DNA of 64,000 bases, taken from contig CAVPJX010000002.1 in assembly GCA_963705545.1 (NCBI GenBank), positions 109,468-173,467 on the forward strand. Direction: 5' to 3'. A program made the position numbers and the translations under genes. The notes beneath the pieces are model-generated. The model was given only the letters and a program-made list of their open reading frames with translations. It was not told the DNA's origin and ran no database searches. Source of the stretch: an uncultured Actinomycetes bacterium. Its GTDB lineage: Bacteria; Actinomycetota; UBA4738; HRBIN12. This document shows, piece after piece, positions 56,823-64,000 of the stretch (its first letter is position 1; every line of letters starts with the position of its first letter).

Positions 56823-56823
56823 A
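56800..56823 (+). promoter_or_regulatory. perfect 9-bp inverted repeat TTTGCACGG-n6-CCGTGCAAA upstream of fdxA
   Basis: Seen directly in the sequence about 45 bp upstream of the fdxA ATG. Likely an operator for a dimeric regulator. Confidence 0.4.
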
Positions 56824-56865
56824 TCGGATCAACCACGTCGACCCGATCAGAGAGGTGGAGCGGAG

Positions 56866-57192
56866 ATGACCTACACGATCTGCGAGCCGTGCATCGACGT
56901 GAAGGACCGCGCCTGCGTCGATGAGTGCCCGGTCGACTGCATCTACGAAGGCCCGCGCATGCTGTACATCCAGCCCGACGAGTGCGTGGACTGCGGGGCC
57001 TGCGAGCCGGCCTGTCCCGTCACCGCGATCTTCTACGAGGACGACGTGCCGGGCGAGTGGAAGCAGTTCACGCCGGTCAACGCCGAGTGGTTCGCGGACA
57101 ACGTGACCGGGCTCGGCTCCCCGGGCGGAGCCGCCCAGGTCGGGCCGGCCGCCGTCGATCACCCCGTGGTCGCCGCCTGGCCCGCGATGTAG
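56866..57192 (+). CDS. fdxA: 7Fe ferredoxin (3Fe-4S + 4Fe-4S)
   Basis: 108 aa. MTYTICEPCIDVKDRACVDECPVDCIYEG...CVDCGACEPACPVTAIF. Confidence 0.85.
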   Translation: MTYTICEPCIDVKDRACVDECPVDCIYEGPRMLYIQPDECVDCGACEPACPVTAIFYEDDVPGEWKQFTPVNAEWFADNVTGLGSPGGAAQVGPAAVDHPVVAAWPAM

Positions 57193-57217
57193 GGCTCGCG
57201 CCGCCCCGCCCCTCGGC

Positions 57218-60103
57218 CTAGGGGTGGGCGTGGTCCACGTCGCCGCCCGGGAGGAACACCCGGAACGACGCCCCGCCGCCCTCGCGCTCCTCGACCCACG
57301 CCCGTCCGCCGTGAAGCTCGGCGAACCGGCGGACCAGCGTGAGCCCCACGCCCACGCCCGGGGAGTGCTCCCGGGCGCCGGCCCCTTGCTGGAAGGGCTC
57401 GAAGATCCGCTCACGGAGCTCGGCCGGGACGCCGGGCCCGTCGTCCTCGACGACGATCGTCACGCCGTCATCGCCACCGCGGACCGACAACCACACGTGG
57501 GCGCCAGTCGGTGTGTGGCGTGCGGTGTTCGCGAGCAGGTTCTCGACGATCCGCTCGACCTTGGCGGCGTCGATCGCCGCCACGACCGGCTCCAGCTCGA
57601 CGGTCAGCCGCTCCGGCTCGATCGGCTGACTCTCGTCCAGCACGCGCCGAACCAACGCGCCGACGTCGGTCGCCTCGAGCTTCGGCGTGATGATCCCCCG
57701 CGCCAGCCGGTCCATGTCCAGCAGGTTGCGGACGAGCCGCTCGAGCCGCCGCGCGTTCTCGGCGATCCGGTGCGCCAGGTCGCGCGCGTCGCCATCCGCG
57801 AGGCGGACGTCGGGCCGCTCGAGGGTGACCGCGAGGCCGAGGATCGCGGCGAGCGGGGTCCGCAGATCGTGGGAGACGGCCTGCAGGAACGTGTTCTTCA
57901 TCTCGTCGAGGGCGCGGAGGCGGTTCGTGGCCTCGCGCTCCACCTCGAGGGCCTGGGCGAGGCGCTCCTCCGCGCGCTTGCGCTCGGTGATGTCGAGCAG
58001 GAACCCCTGCCAGTACGGGTCGCGTCCCTCCGGCTGCACGAGCGTCGCCTCGTCCTGTACCCAGACGATGTCCCCGCCCTTGCGGATCATCCGGTACTCC
58101 ATCGAGAAGCGTCCGCCGCCGCTCTGCCGGTTGCTCTGCGCGTCGGCGGCGAGCACCCGTTCCCGGTCCTCGGGGTGCAGGATCTTCCGCCAGAGCCCCG
58201 GATCGGCCTCGATCTCCTCCGTCGTGTAGCCGATCAGGTCGGTGTTGCCCGGCGCGATGTAGACCGTGTTCGAGAGCGACGGGTCGCGCGGATCGATCTC
58301 CTGGGTGTAGAAGATCGCCTGGTTCTGCTCCACGATCGTGCGGAACTTGAGCTCCGCCTCCCGGAGCTGCTCCTCGGCGCTCTTGCGTTCCGTGATGTCC
58401 AACAGGAAGCCCTGCCAGAACCCGCCCTCCGGGGTCTCGAGGAACGTCGCCTCGTCGTGGACCCAGACCCATCGGCCGTCCTTCGCGAGGAACCGGTAGT
58501 CCATGGAGTAGGGCTGCTTCGAGTGGTTCGATCGCTGGTCCACCTCCCACACGTCGTCGCGATCATCGGGGTGCACGTGGTCGATCCAGAAGTCGGTCGT
58601 CCAGGTCCACTCGTCCACGCTCCAACCGAAGACCGCCTGGACCTGCGGGCTCAGGTAGAAGCGCTCCGGGTCGGCGTCGGGCGACTCGACGTAGACGACC
58701 GCGGGGATGTGCTCGACGAGCGCCCGGTAGCGCCGCTCGGCTTCGCGCAGGCCCAGCTCGGCCTCCATCCGGCGCGTGATGTCGAGCATCACGCCTTGCC
58801 ACAGCACCGGCTCCCCGTCCACGCCGCGGATCAAGATGGATTCGTCGTGGAACCACACGACACGCCCGTCGGCGGCGATCACCCGGTAGTCCTGCCGATA
58901 GGGCTCCTCCGAGAGCGCCGTCCGCTCGCTCTCGGCCAGGACCGCCTCGCGGTCGTCGGGGTGGAGGATCTCGAGCCAGAAGTCTCCCTGTTCGATCCAC
59001 CGCGCGAGGGGGTATCCGAGGATCGTCTCGACCTGGGGGCTCAGGTAGGTGAAGGCCGAGGCGACGTCGTAGGCGTCCGTGGACGGATCCTCCTGATACA
59101 CGATCGCAGGCGTCTGCTCCACGAGGCGCCGGAAGCGCTCCTCCGCGACCCGGAGCCCGCCCTCCGCCTCGTGACGCTCGGTGACGTCGGTGAGGAAGCC
59201 GAGCCAGTAGATCGTGCGCCCCCACCGGTCCTCGATCGGGGCGGAGACGTCGTGGACCCAGACGATCCGGCCGTCGGCGGCGATCATCCGGTACTCCTCC
59301 TCGAACCGGTCCGGTGCGCGCGCGGCCGCGATCACGCGGTCGAGGTCGTCGGGGTGGACGCGGGAGAACCAGAAGTCCGGGTCGTCGAAGTAGCGCTCGC
59401 GCGAGAACCCGAGGACCTCCTCCATCTGGGGACTGAGGAACTCGAGGCGGGCGCCGTCCTCCTCGACGATGTCCGTGTACGTCACCGCGGGGATGTGCTC
59501 CACGAACGCGCGGTAGCGTGCCTCGGTCGCCCGAGCGTGCTCGTCGAGCCCCTGGCGCGTGACGGCCGCGCCGAGCACGGTCGCCGCGGCCCGGAGCGCC
59601 TCGAGTTCCGCGCCCGACCAATCGCGCCGCTCGGCACAGTCGTCGAACCCGATCACGCCCCACCACTCGCCGTCGGTCTGGACCGGCATGCAGACCATCG
59701 AGACGATGTCCTGGGCTTCCAGGGCCGGACGCTCCGCGTCCGGCAACTCCGCGACCGCTCCCGCGATCGAGCCGCCGGCACGCATCACGGTCGGCCACCG
59801 GCCGAAGCCGAACTCCGCCCAGGGTGTGCGCTCGAGGATGGGGTTGCCGAACTGGGACCGGACGCCGGGGGCGCACCACTCCGCCATCTGGGCCGCGCAA
59901 TCGCGGTCTCGGTCGTCGACCACGTTGCGGATCAGGTAGGCCCGCGAGACCTCGGCCGCCTCGCCGAGCCGCGCCAGGACCTCGTCGATCGCGTCGCGCC
60001 AATCCGGCGAGAGGAGCAGCCGCTCGGCGGCGAAGGCGATCGCCTCCAGGATCGCGTCGCGGCGGAGCGAGACCCCACCAGCAGCGTGCGCCGTCTCCAC
60101 CAT
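57218..60103 (-). CDS. multi-sensor hybrid-type histidine kinase (GAF + about 5 PAS + HisKA + HATPase_c)
   Basis: ORF 57218..60187. Start chosen at MVETAHAAGG. Repeated PAS blocks (...YRMIAADGRIVWVHD..., ...YRVIAADGRVVWFHD..., ...YRFLAKDGRWVWVHD..., ...YRMIRKGGDIVWVQD...), then HisKA (LQAVSHDLRTPLAAI) and an HATPase domain. Confidence 0.75.
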   Translation of the reverse strand: MVETAHAAGGVSLRRDAILEAIAFAAERLLLSPDWRDAIDEVLARLGEAAEVSRAYLIRNVVDDRDRDCAAQMAEWCAPGVRSQFGNPILERTPWAEFGFGRWPTVMRAGGSIAGAVAELPDAERPALEAQDIVSMVCMPVQTDGEWWGVIGFDDCAERRDWSGAELEALRAAATVLGAAVTRQGLDEHARATEARYRAFVEHIPAVTYTDIVEEDGARLEFLSPQMEEVLGFSRERYFDDPDFWFSRVHPDDLDRVIAAARAPDRFEEEYRMIAADGRIVWVHDVSAPIEDRWGRTIYWLGFLTDVTERHEAEGGLRVAEERFRRLVEQTPAIVYQEDPSTDAYDVASAFTYLSPQVETILGYPLARWIEQGDFWLEILHPDDREAVLAESERTALSEEPYRQDYRVIAADGRVVWFHDESILIRGVDGEPVLWQGVMLDITRRMEAELGLREAERRYRALVEHIPAVVYVESPDADPERFYLSPQVQAVFGWSVDEWTWTTDFWIDHVHPDDRDDVWEVDQRSNHSKQPYSMDYRFLAKDGRWVWVHDEATFLETPEGGFWQGFLLDITERKSAEEQLREAELKFRTIVEQNQAIFYTQEIDPRDPSLSNTVYIAPGNTDLIGYTTEEIEADPGLWRKILHPEDRERVLAADAQSNRQSGGGRFSMEYRMIRKGGDIVWVQDEATLVQPEGRDPYWQGFLLDITERKRAEERLAQALEVEREATNRLRALDEMKNTFLQAVSHDLRTPLAAILGLAVTLERPDVRLADGDARDLAHRIAENARRLERLVRNLLDMDRLARGIITPKLEATDVGALVRRVLDESQPIEPERLTVELEPVVAAIDAAKVERIVENLLANTARHTPTGAHVWLSVRGGDDGVTIVVEDDGPGVPAELRERIFEPFQQGAGAREHSPGVGVGLTLVRRFAELHGGRAWVEEREGGGASFRVFLPGGDVDHAHP

Positions 60104-60254
60104 CGGTTCCGCGTTGTCTCCTCGCTCGTCCGGACGCGCCGGAGGAAGAGGCCCGTGCCGGGTCCCCTGGGGAGTTATCGGCGCCACCCGGCGGAGGATG
60201 AGCCTGGGGGTCTCGCGGGCGGGTTCCTCGTCGGCCAGGCTCGCCGAGCGCGGG

Positions 60255-61379
60255 TCAGACGGGCTGCGGGAGGGTCCCCGGTCCCAGGTCGGCCGTGCCC
60301 GTCCCGTCGGGCCATCGCTCGCGGGACCTCGCGGCGAGCTTGAACATCAGCTCGACCGCCTTGGGGTCCTCGGAGGCCGGGCGGGCCTCGATCACGCCGT
60401 CGGCGAGAGCCCGGTCCCAGATGTCCTGGCCGCGCTCGGTGCGCACGATCGTCAGGGTCCAGCCCTCGGATTGGCCGAGGCCGCCGAGCGAGATGTCGGC
60501 ATGCTCGGCCGCGAAATCCGGGCAGTGCAGGCATCCCGGTCTCGTGTACGCGTGCGCCTCCTTCAGGGAGTACGTCAGCTCCTGCCCGTCATCGGTGTAG
60601 AACAGGAGCTTCCCCTTCACGTTGACCCGGATCAGGCGGTCGAGGTCGATCCCGAGCTCCTGCTGCGCGATCCGGTCCATCAACCCCTCGTACGTGAACG
60701 TCTTGGAGCACAGCAGCCCGAGGGTCCAGGCGATCTTCCGCCGCCACTTGTTGATCCGCCGCGCCTCGAGTGAGCCGGTGACCGAGGCCTGGCAGCTCAT
60801 CCCGACCAACGCCAGGCGGGACAGGCCCATCTCCGCCGCCTTCACGAGGGCGAGCGGGTTCGCGGAGTACGTGTAGCGGCTCCCGGCGGTCGCGAGCACG
60901 CCCGCCTCGTCGGTCACGACCGCCGGCTCGGCGTCCCACGGCCGCTCGTCCGAGAGCTTCGACGCGAGCGCGCCGTCGATCTCGCCGTTCCGCAGCCCCC
61001 AGACCAACAGCGCCGAGACGACGCCGCCGTCCTGGCCCTGGGCCAGCTGGCCGGGGTCCCGCGCGCGAGCGAGCGCGATCTCGCGGTACTGCCCGATCAC
61101 CTCGTCGGGCGTGCGGGTCCGACCGAAGAGGGACACGTCGATCTCGCCCTCCCACTCACGGAACCGCGGGCACGCGCGGGTGCAGATGTCGCAGCCCTTG
61201 TCGCCGTGCGAGCACGCGTCCGCCCCGTCTTCCTGCAGCTGGACCGGGACGTCGTCCTCGTACCCCAGCACGTGGAACGGACACGACACGATGCACGCGG
61301 TGCACCCGGTGCACAGGCCGGTCATGACGACGTCGTGGTAGAGGTCCCGCCACTGGGTCTTGTCCGCCGAGGAGGGCAT
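60255..61379 (-). CDS. coenzyme F420 hydrogenase/dehydrogenase beta-subunit (FrhB)-family protein with an N-terminal 2x[4Fe-4S] ferredoxin domain (tentative)
   Basis: Start at [10 protein letters not shown] (residue 53 of ORF 60255..61535). [12 protein letters not shown]...CDICTRACP, then FrhB-like N and C domains (...LALVGMSCQ...CLHCPDF...). Confidence 0.55.
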   Translation of the reverse strand: MPSSADKTQWRDLYHDVVMTGLCTGCTACIVSCPFHVLGYEDDVPVQLQEDGADACSHGDKGCDICTRACPRFREWEGEIDVSLFGRTRTPDEVIGQYREIALARARDPGQLAQGQDGGVVSALLVWGLRNGEIDGALASKLSDERPWDAEPAVVTDEAGVLATAGSRYTYSANPLALVKAAEMGLSRLALVGMSCQASVTGSLEARRINKWRRKIAWTLGLLCSKTFTYEGLMDRIAQQELGIDLDRLIRVNVKGKLLFYTDDGQELTYSLKEAHAYTRPGCLHCPDFAAEHADISLGGLGQSEGWTLTIVRTERGQDIWDRALADGVIEARPASEDPKAVELMFKLAARSRERWPDGTGTADLGPGTLPQPV

Positions 61380-61462
61380 CGGCCCGAGTATAGGTGCGGC
61401 CCCGCAAGCCTCCCGGCGTCGTGGCGCGTACTCCCTCGGTCGACGGACGATCGGGAGGACCC

Positions 61463-61834
61463 ATGCGGACGAAGGCTCGATGGATGGTCGTGGCGGCCGC
61501 CGCGGCAGCGGCGCTGATGACGATGGCCGCCTCATGCAGCAGCGATGACGGCGGTGGCGGCGACGCGAGCGGCGGAGGTGCCGGACCCACGGTCACGATG
61601 AAGGACCTGGCGTTCGACCCCGTCACGCTCACCGTGACCACCGGCGAGGACACCACGATCTCGCTCGTGAACGAGGACGGCGTCGAGCACAGCTTCACGC
61701 TCGACGACGACAGCGTGTCCCAGGACGTGGAGGGCGGCGAGAGCTCGAGCGTGACGATCAACGTGTCGGCGTCGATCGGTTGGCACTGCAAGTACCACCC
61801 CGAAACGATGAAAGGCACCATCGAGGTGGCGTAA
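61463..61834 (+). CDS. cupredoxin-domain lipoprotein (plastocyanin/azurin-like blue copper protein)
   Basis: Lipobox MTMAAS/C. Cu ligands in ...VEHSFTLDD... and ...[12 protein letters not shown] (His...Cys-x2-His-x4-Met). Confidence 0.65.
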   Translation: MRTKARWMVVAAAAAAALMTMAASCSSDDGGGGDASGGGAGPTVTMKDLAFDPVTLTVTTGEDTTISLVNEDGVEHSFTLDDDSVSQDVEGGESSSVTINVSASIGWHCKYHPETMKGTIEVA

Positions 61835-61875
61835 CCGGAGTCGCGAGGGCGCCGGTCGGTCGGTCGGTCGGTCGG

Positions 61876-62247
61876 TCAGATGCTGAACGAATCGCCGCAG
61901 GCGCACTCGTGCTTCGCCTGCGGGTTGCGCACCTTGAGGCCACCGCCCAGCAGGGCGGCGTCGAAGTCCAGCGTGCTCCCGGTGACGATCGGGATGCTGG
62001 CGGGGTCGATCAGCACGCCGAACCCGTCCGGGGCGCGGACGACGGTGTCGCGCTCATCGGGTTGATCCTCGAAGGTGAGGCTGTACGTGAACCCCGAGCA
62101 CCCGCCGGCCAGCACGCGGAGCCGGAGGTACGCCTCGGGGCGACCGTCGCGGGCGGCCAACGAGCGGGCCTTCCGGGCCGCGGCCTCGGTGACCTCGATC
62201 GGGTCGAGCATGTCGCTCGCCACGTCGTCCATCGCATCGTTCGGCAT
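61876..62247 (-). CDS. iron-sulfur cluster insertion protein, HesB/IscA/ErpA family
   Basis: 123 aa. ...LRLRVLAGGCSGFTY...C-terminal ...HECACGDSFSI. Confidence 0.8.
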   Translation of the reverse strand: MPNDAMDDVASDMLDPIEVTEAAARKARSLAARDGRPEAYLRLRVLAGGCSGFTYSLTFEDQPDERDTVVRAPDGFGVLIDPASIPIVTGSTLDFDAALLGGGLKVRNPQAKHECACGDSFSI

Positions 62248-62262
62248 CCCCGCCAGGATACG

Positions 62263-63642
62263 TCAGGTCAGGCGTTCGGCCAGCCCGACGAAGGCCGCCT
62301 TCACCGACTCCGAGAGCGTCGGGTACGCGTGGATCGCGTCGGCGACCGCCGCGACCGGGACGTGTCCCACCATCGCGACCGCGACCTCGTGGATCATCGC
62401 CCCCGCGTCCTCGCTGACGATGTGGCCTCCGAGGAGCTCACCGGTGTCCGCGTCGGCGACGAGCTTGACGACGCCGTAGAGCGCTCCCTCGATGTGGGCT
62501 CGTTCGTTGTCGGCGATCGGCGAGACGCTCGTCTCGACGGCGTGTCCGTCGTCGGCGGCCTGGCGCTCCGTGAGTCCCACGCTCGCCACCTCTGGATCGC
62601 AGAACGTGACCCGAGGGACGACCCGGTAGCCGCGCGGCCGCGGCTCCCCGAGGATGTCGTCGACCACCAGCTCTGCCTCGTAGGACCCGACGTGGGTGAA
62701 CAGGAGCTCCCCCGTCGCATCGCCCGCCGCCCAGACGTGGTCGGCGGTGCTGCGGAGCGTCTCGTCCAGGACCGGCCGGCCGTCCGGGTGCAGGTCGACG
62801 CCCACCGCCTCTAGGTCGTGACCGTCGAACACGGGCCGACGTCCCGTGGCCACGAGCACCTCGTCCGCCGCCAGGATCTCGCCGCCGACGAGCGCGACGG
62901 ACCATGCGCCGTCCCGATGCTCCGCGCGGTCGATCCGGACCCCGGTTCGGACGTCGATCCCGTCGGATCCGAGCGCCGGCAGGAGCGCTCCGGCGGAATC
63001 GGGGTCCTCGTTCGGGAGGATGTGCGGCGCGATCTCGAGGAGCGTCACCGCCGAGCCGAACCGCGCATAGATCTGCGAGAACTCCACGCCGATCGCCCCG
63101 GCCCCGATCACGACCAGGCGACCGGGGGCGACGTCGGGCTGCCAGACCGCCTCACGGTTCGTCCAGTACGGGCCGTCCGCCAGGCCCGGCACCGGAGGGA
63201 GGCTCGCCTCGGTCCCGGTGGCCAGGACGATCCGGTCGGCACGGATGGCCGTCCCGTCGGCGAGCTCTAGGTCGTGCGGGCCGGTCAGCCGGATCTCCTG
63301 GAGGAAGACCTCCACGCCGCGCTCGAGGAACGGGGCGGCGCCGGCGCCGGACTGCTCGTCGATCACGCGACGGACCCGCTCGCGGACCGCCGGCAGATCG
63401 ACGTCGACGGGGCCGGGGACGCGCACGCCGAATCGTTCACCGTCCCGAGCCATGGCGGCGACCTTCGCACTCTTCAGCATCACCTTCGTCGGGACACAGC
63501 CGAAGTGGTTGCACTCGCCGCCCAGCCGGTCACGCTCCGCGATCGCCACACGCAGCTCGCTCCGTTCGGCCAGCTGCAGGGCGATCTCGGATCCCGTCCC
63601 GCCCCCGCCGATCACGACCACGTCGAACCGCTCGCGACCCAT
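62263..63642 (-). CDS. FAD-dependent pyridine nucleotide-disulfide oxidoreductase (dihydrolipoamide dehydrogenase / mercuric-reductase-like)
   Basis: Start at MGRERFDVVVIGGGGTGSE (residue 94 of ORF 62263..63921). Redox disulfide GGECNHFGCVPTK, second NAD fold VVIGAGAIGVE, and a C-terminal dimerisation domain (...HAYPTLSE). Confidence 0.8.
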   Translation of the reverse strand: MGRERFDVVVIGGGGTGSEIALQLAERSELRVAIAERDRLGGECNHFGCVPTKVMLKSAKVAAMARDGERFGVRVPGPVDVDLPAVRERVRRVIDEQSGAGAAPFLERGVEVFLQEIRLTGPHDLELADGTAIRADRIVLATGTEASLPPVPGLADGPYWTNREAVWQPDVAPGRLVVIGAGAIGVEFSQIYARFGSAVTLLEIAPHILPNEDPDSAGALLPALGSDGIDVRTGVRIDRAEHRDGAWSVALVGGEILAADEVLVATGRRPVFDGHDLEAVGVDLHPDGRPVLDETLRSTADHVWAAGDATGELLFTHVGSYEAELVVDDILGEPRPRGYRVVPRVTFCDPEVASVGLTERQAADDGHAVETSVSPIADNERAHIEGALYGVVKLVADADTGELLGGHIVSEDAGAMIHEVAVAMVGHVPVAAVADAIHAYPTLSESVKAAFVGLAERLT

Positions 63643-64000
63643 CACGCGGCTCCGCAGAACGCGACGAACATCCTCGCGTAGACCCGGGCGGCCGTGACCA
63701 GCTCGTCCACCGCGACGGACTCGTTCGCGGAATGGGCCACCGAGAGCGAGCCCGGGCCGAGGATCACCGAAGGGATCGAGGCCTCGTTCAGGTAGAAGCG
63801 CGCATCGGTGATCCCGGTGAACCCGACGTCGGCGGGGCGAAGCCCCGTCTCGGCGGCGACGGCGGCGCGGCCCACGTCGGCGACGCGCTCGTCCGATGCG
63901 GCCTCGGCCGCGTCGCTCCACTCCCGCAGCTCGACCTCGATGTCCACTTCCGGATGCTCCGACCGCACCCGCTCGACCAGGCGCGCGAACGGCGCCCGGA
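63642..64000 (-). CDS. M20 family metallopeptidase (ArgE/DapE-like), C-terminal part only; the 5' end lies beyond the window
   Basis: ...GFTGITDARFY...PSVILGPGS...AHSANESVAVDELVTAARVYARMF is the M20 C-terminal catalytic region. The stop overlaps the start of the oxidoreductase by 1 nt. Confidence 0.55.
   Translation of the reverse strand, partial: RAPFARLVERVRSEHPEVDIEVELREWSDAAEAASDERVADVGRAAVAAETGLRPADVGFTGITDARFYLNEASIPSVILGPGSLSVAHSANESVAVDELVTAARVYARMFVAFCGAA

Noticed and set aside
57224-60343. 1039-aa plus-strand ORF
   Set aside because: Antisense to the multi-PAS histidine kinase, with no domain signatures.
1-64000. CRISPR arrays, tRNA/rRNA genes, IS elements, integrases, and toxin-antitoxin or restriction-modification defence genes
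   Set aside because: No repeat-spacer periodicity, no cloverleaf-like conserved tRNA blocks, and no transposase, integrase or nuclease-like translations were seen in any frame. The window looks like core chromosome rather than a mobile island.

Overview
This is a 64 kb window of very high-GC (about 70%) chromosomal DNA, with gene content typical of an Actinobacterium (Rubrobacteria / Thermoleophilia / Actinomycetia-like). It is densely coding on both strands, with no rRNA, tRNA, CRISPR arrays, transposases or phage genes detected.

Gene content, in order:
- **1-3.1 kb:** a partial 2H-phosphoesterase (ThpR-like), peroxiredoxin Bcp, and a frameshifted YyaL/DUF255 thioredoxin-domain gene.
- **3.2-5.5 kb:** three tandem NarL/LuxR-family response regulators with no adjacent kinase.
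- **5.6-11.4 kb:** a complete Flp/Tad pilus locus (flp, cpaB, cpaE/tadZ, cpaF/tadA, tadB, tadC), followed by two small ORFs and a convergent large membrane-anchored protein.
- **14-21 kb:** pheA, a PQQ beta-propeller protein, a rhomboid protease and a lipoprotein. Then comes a conserved actinobacterial cluster of ogt, an SCO1664-family protein, a DUF3090 protein and a histidine phosphatase.
- **21-27.8 kb:** a phosphate regulon (divergent senX3/phoR-like kinase, a PHO box, pstSCAB, phoU, and a regX3/phoP-like regulator). pstS, pstC, pstA and regX3 are interrupted by single-base indels.
- **27.8-32 kb:** a GNAT gene, corA, a lytic transglycosylase and ispH.
- **31.7-34.7 kb:** an unusual three-gene operon: a membrane protein with two MgtE transmembrane repeats, a protein with two PhoU + RCK_C (TrkA-C) repeats, and a tandem RAM-domain protein.
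- **34.9-37.6 kb:** alkA and an HD-GYP phosphodiesterase.
- **37.8-41.9 kb:** cyanophycinase cphB, cyanophycin synthetase cphA and a DksA/TraR zinc-finger protein.
- **41.6-46.2 kb:** a GH15 trehalase-like gene, otsB (frameshifted) and otsA.
- **46.2-49.2 kb:** a CphA paralog that keeps the N-terminal and Mur-ligase (M) domains but lacks the ATP-grasp domain, in an operon with otsA and an MFS transporter. This is the candidate I consider most novel.
- **49.3-53.8 kb:** gabT and two aldehyde dehydrogenases.
- **53.8-64 kb:** F420-related and other redox genes, ferredoxin fdxA, two orphan histidine kinases, IscA, an FAD disulfide reductase and a partial M20 peptidase.

At least eight genes carry single-base indels in G/C runs. 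That pattern suggests consensus sequencing errors and needs verification before any pseudogene claim. All coordinates come from frame arithmetic on the supplied ORF track and may be off by 1-3 nt at start codons.
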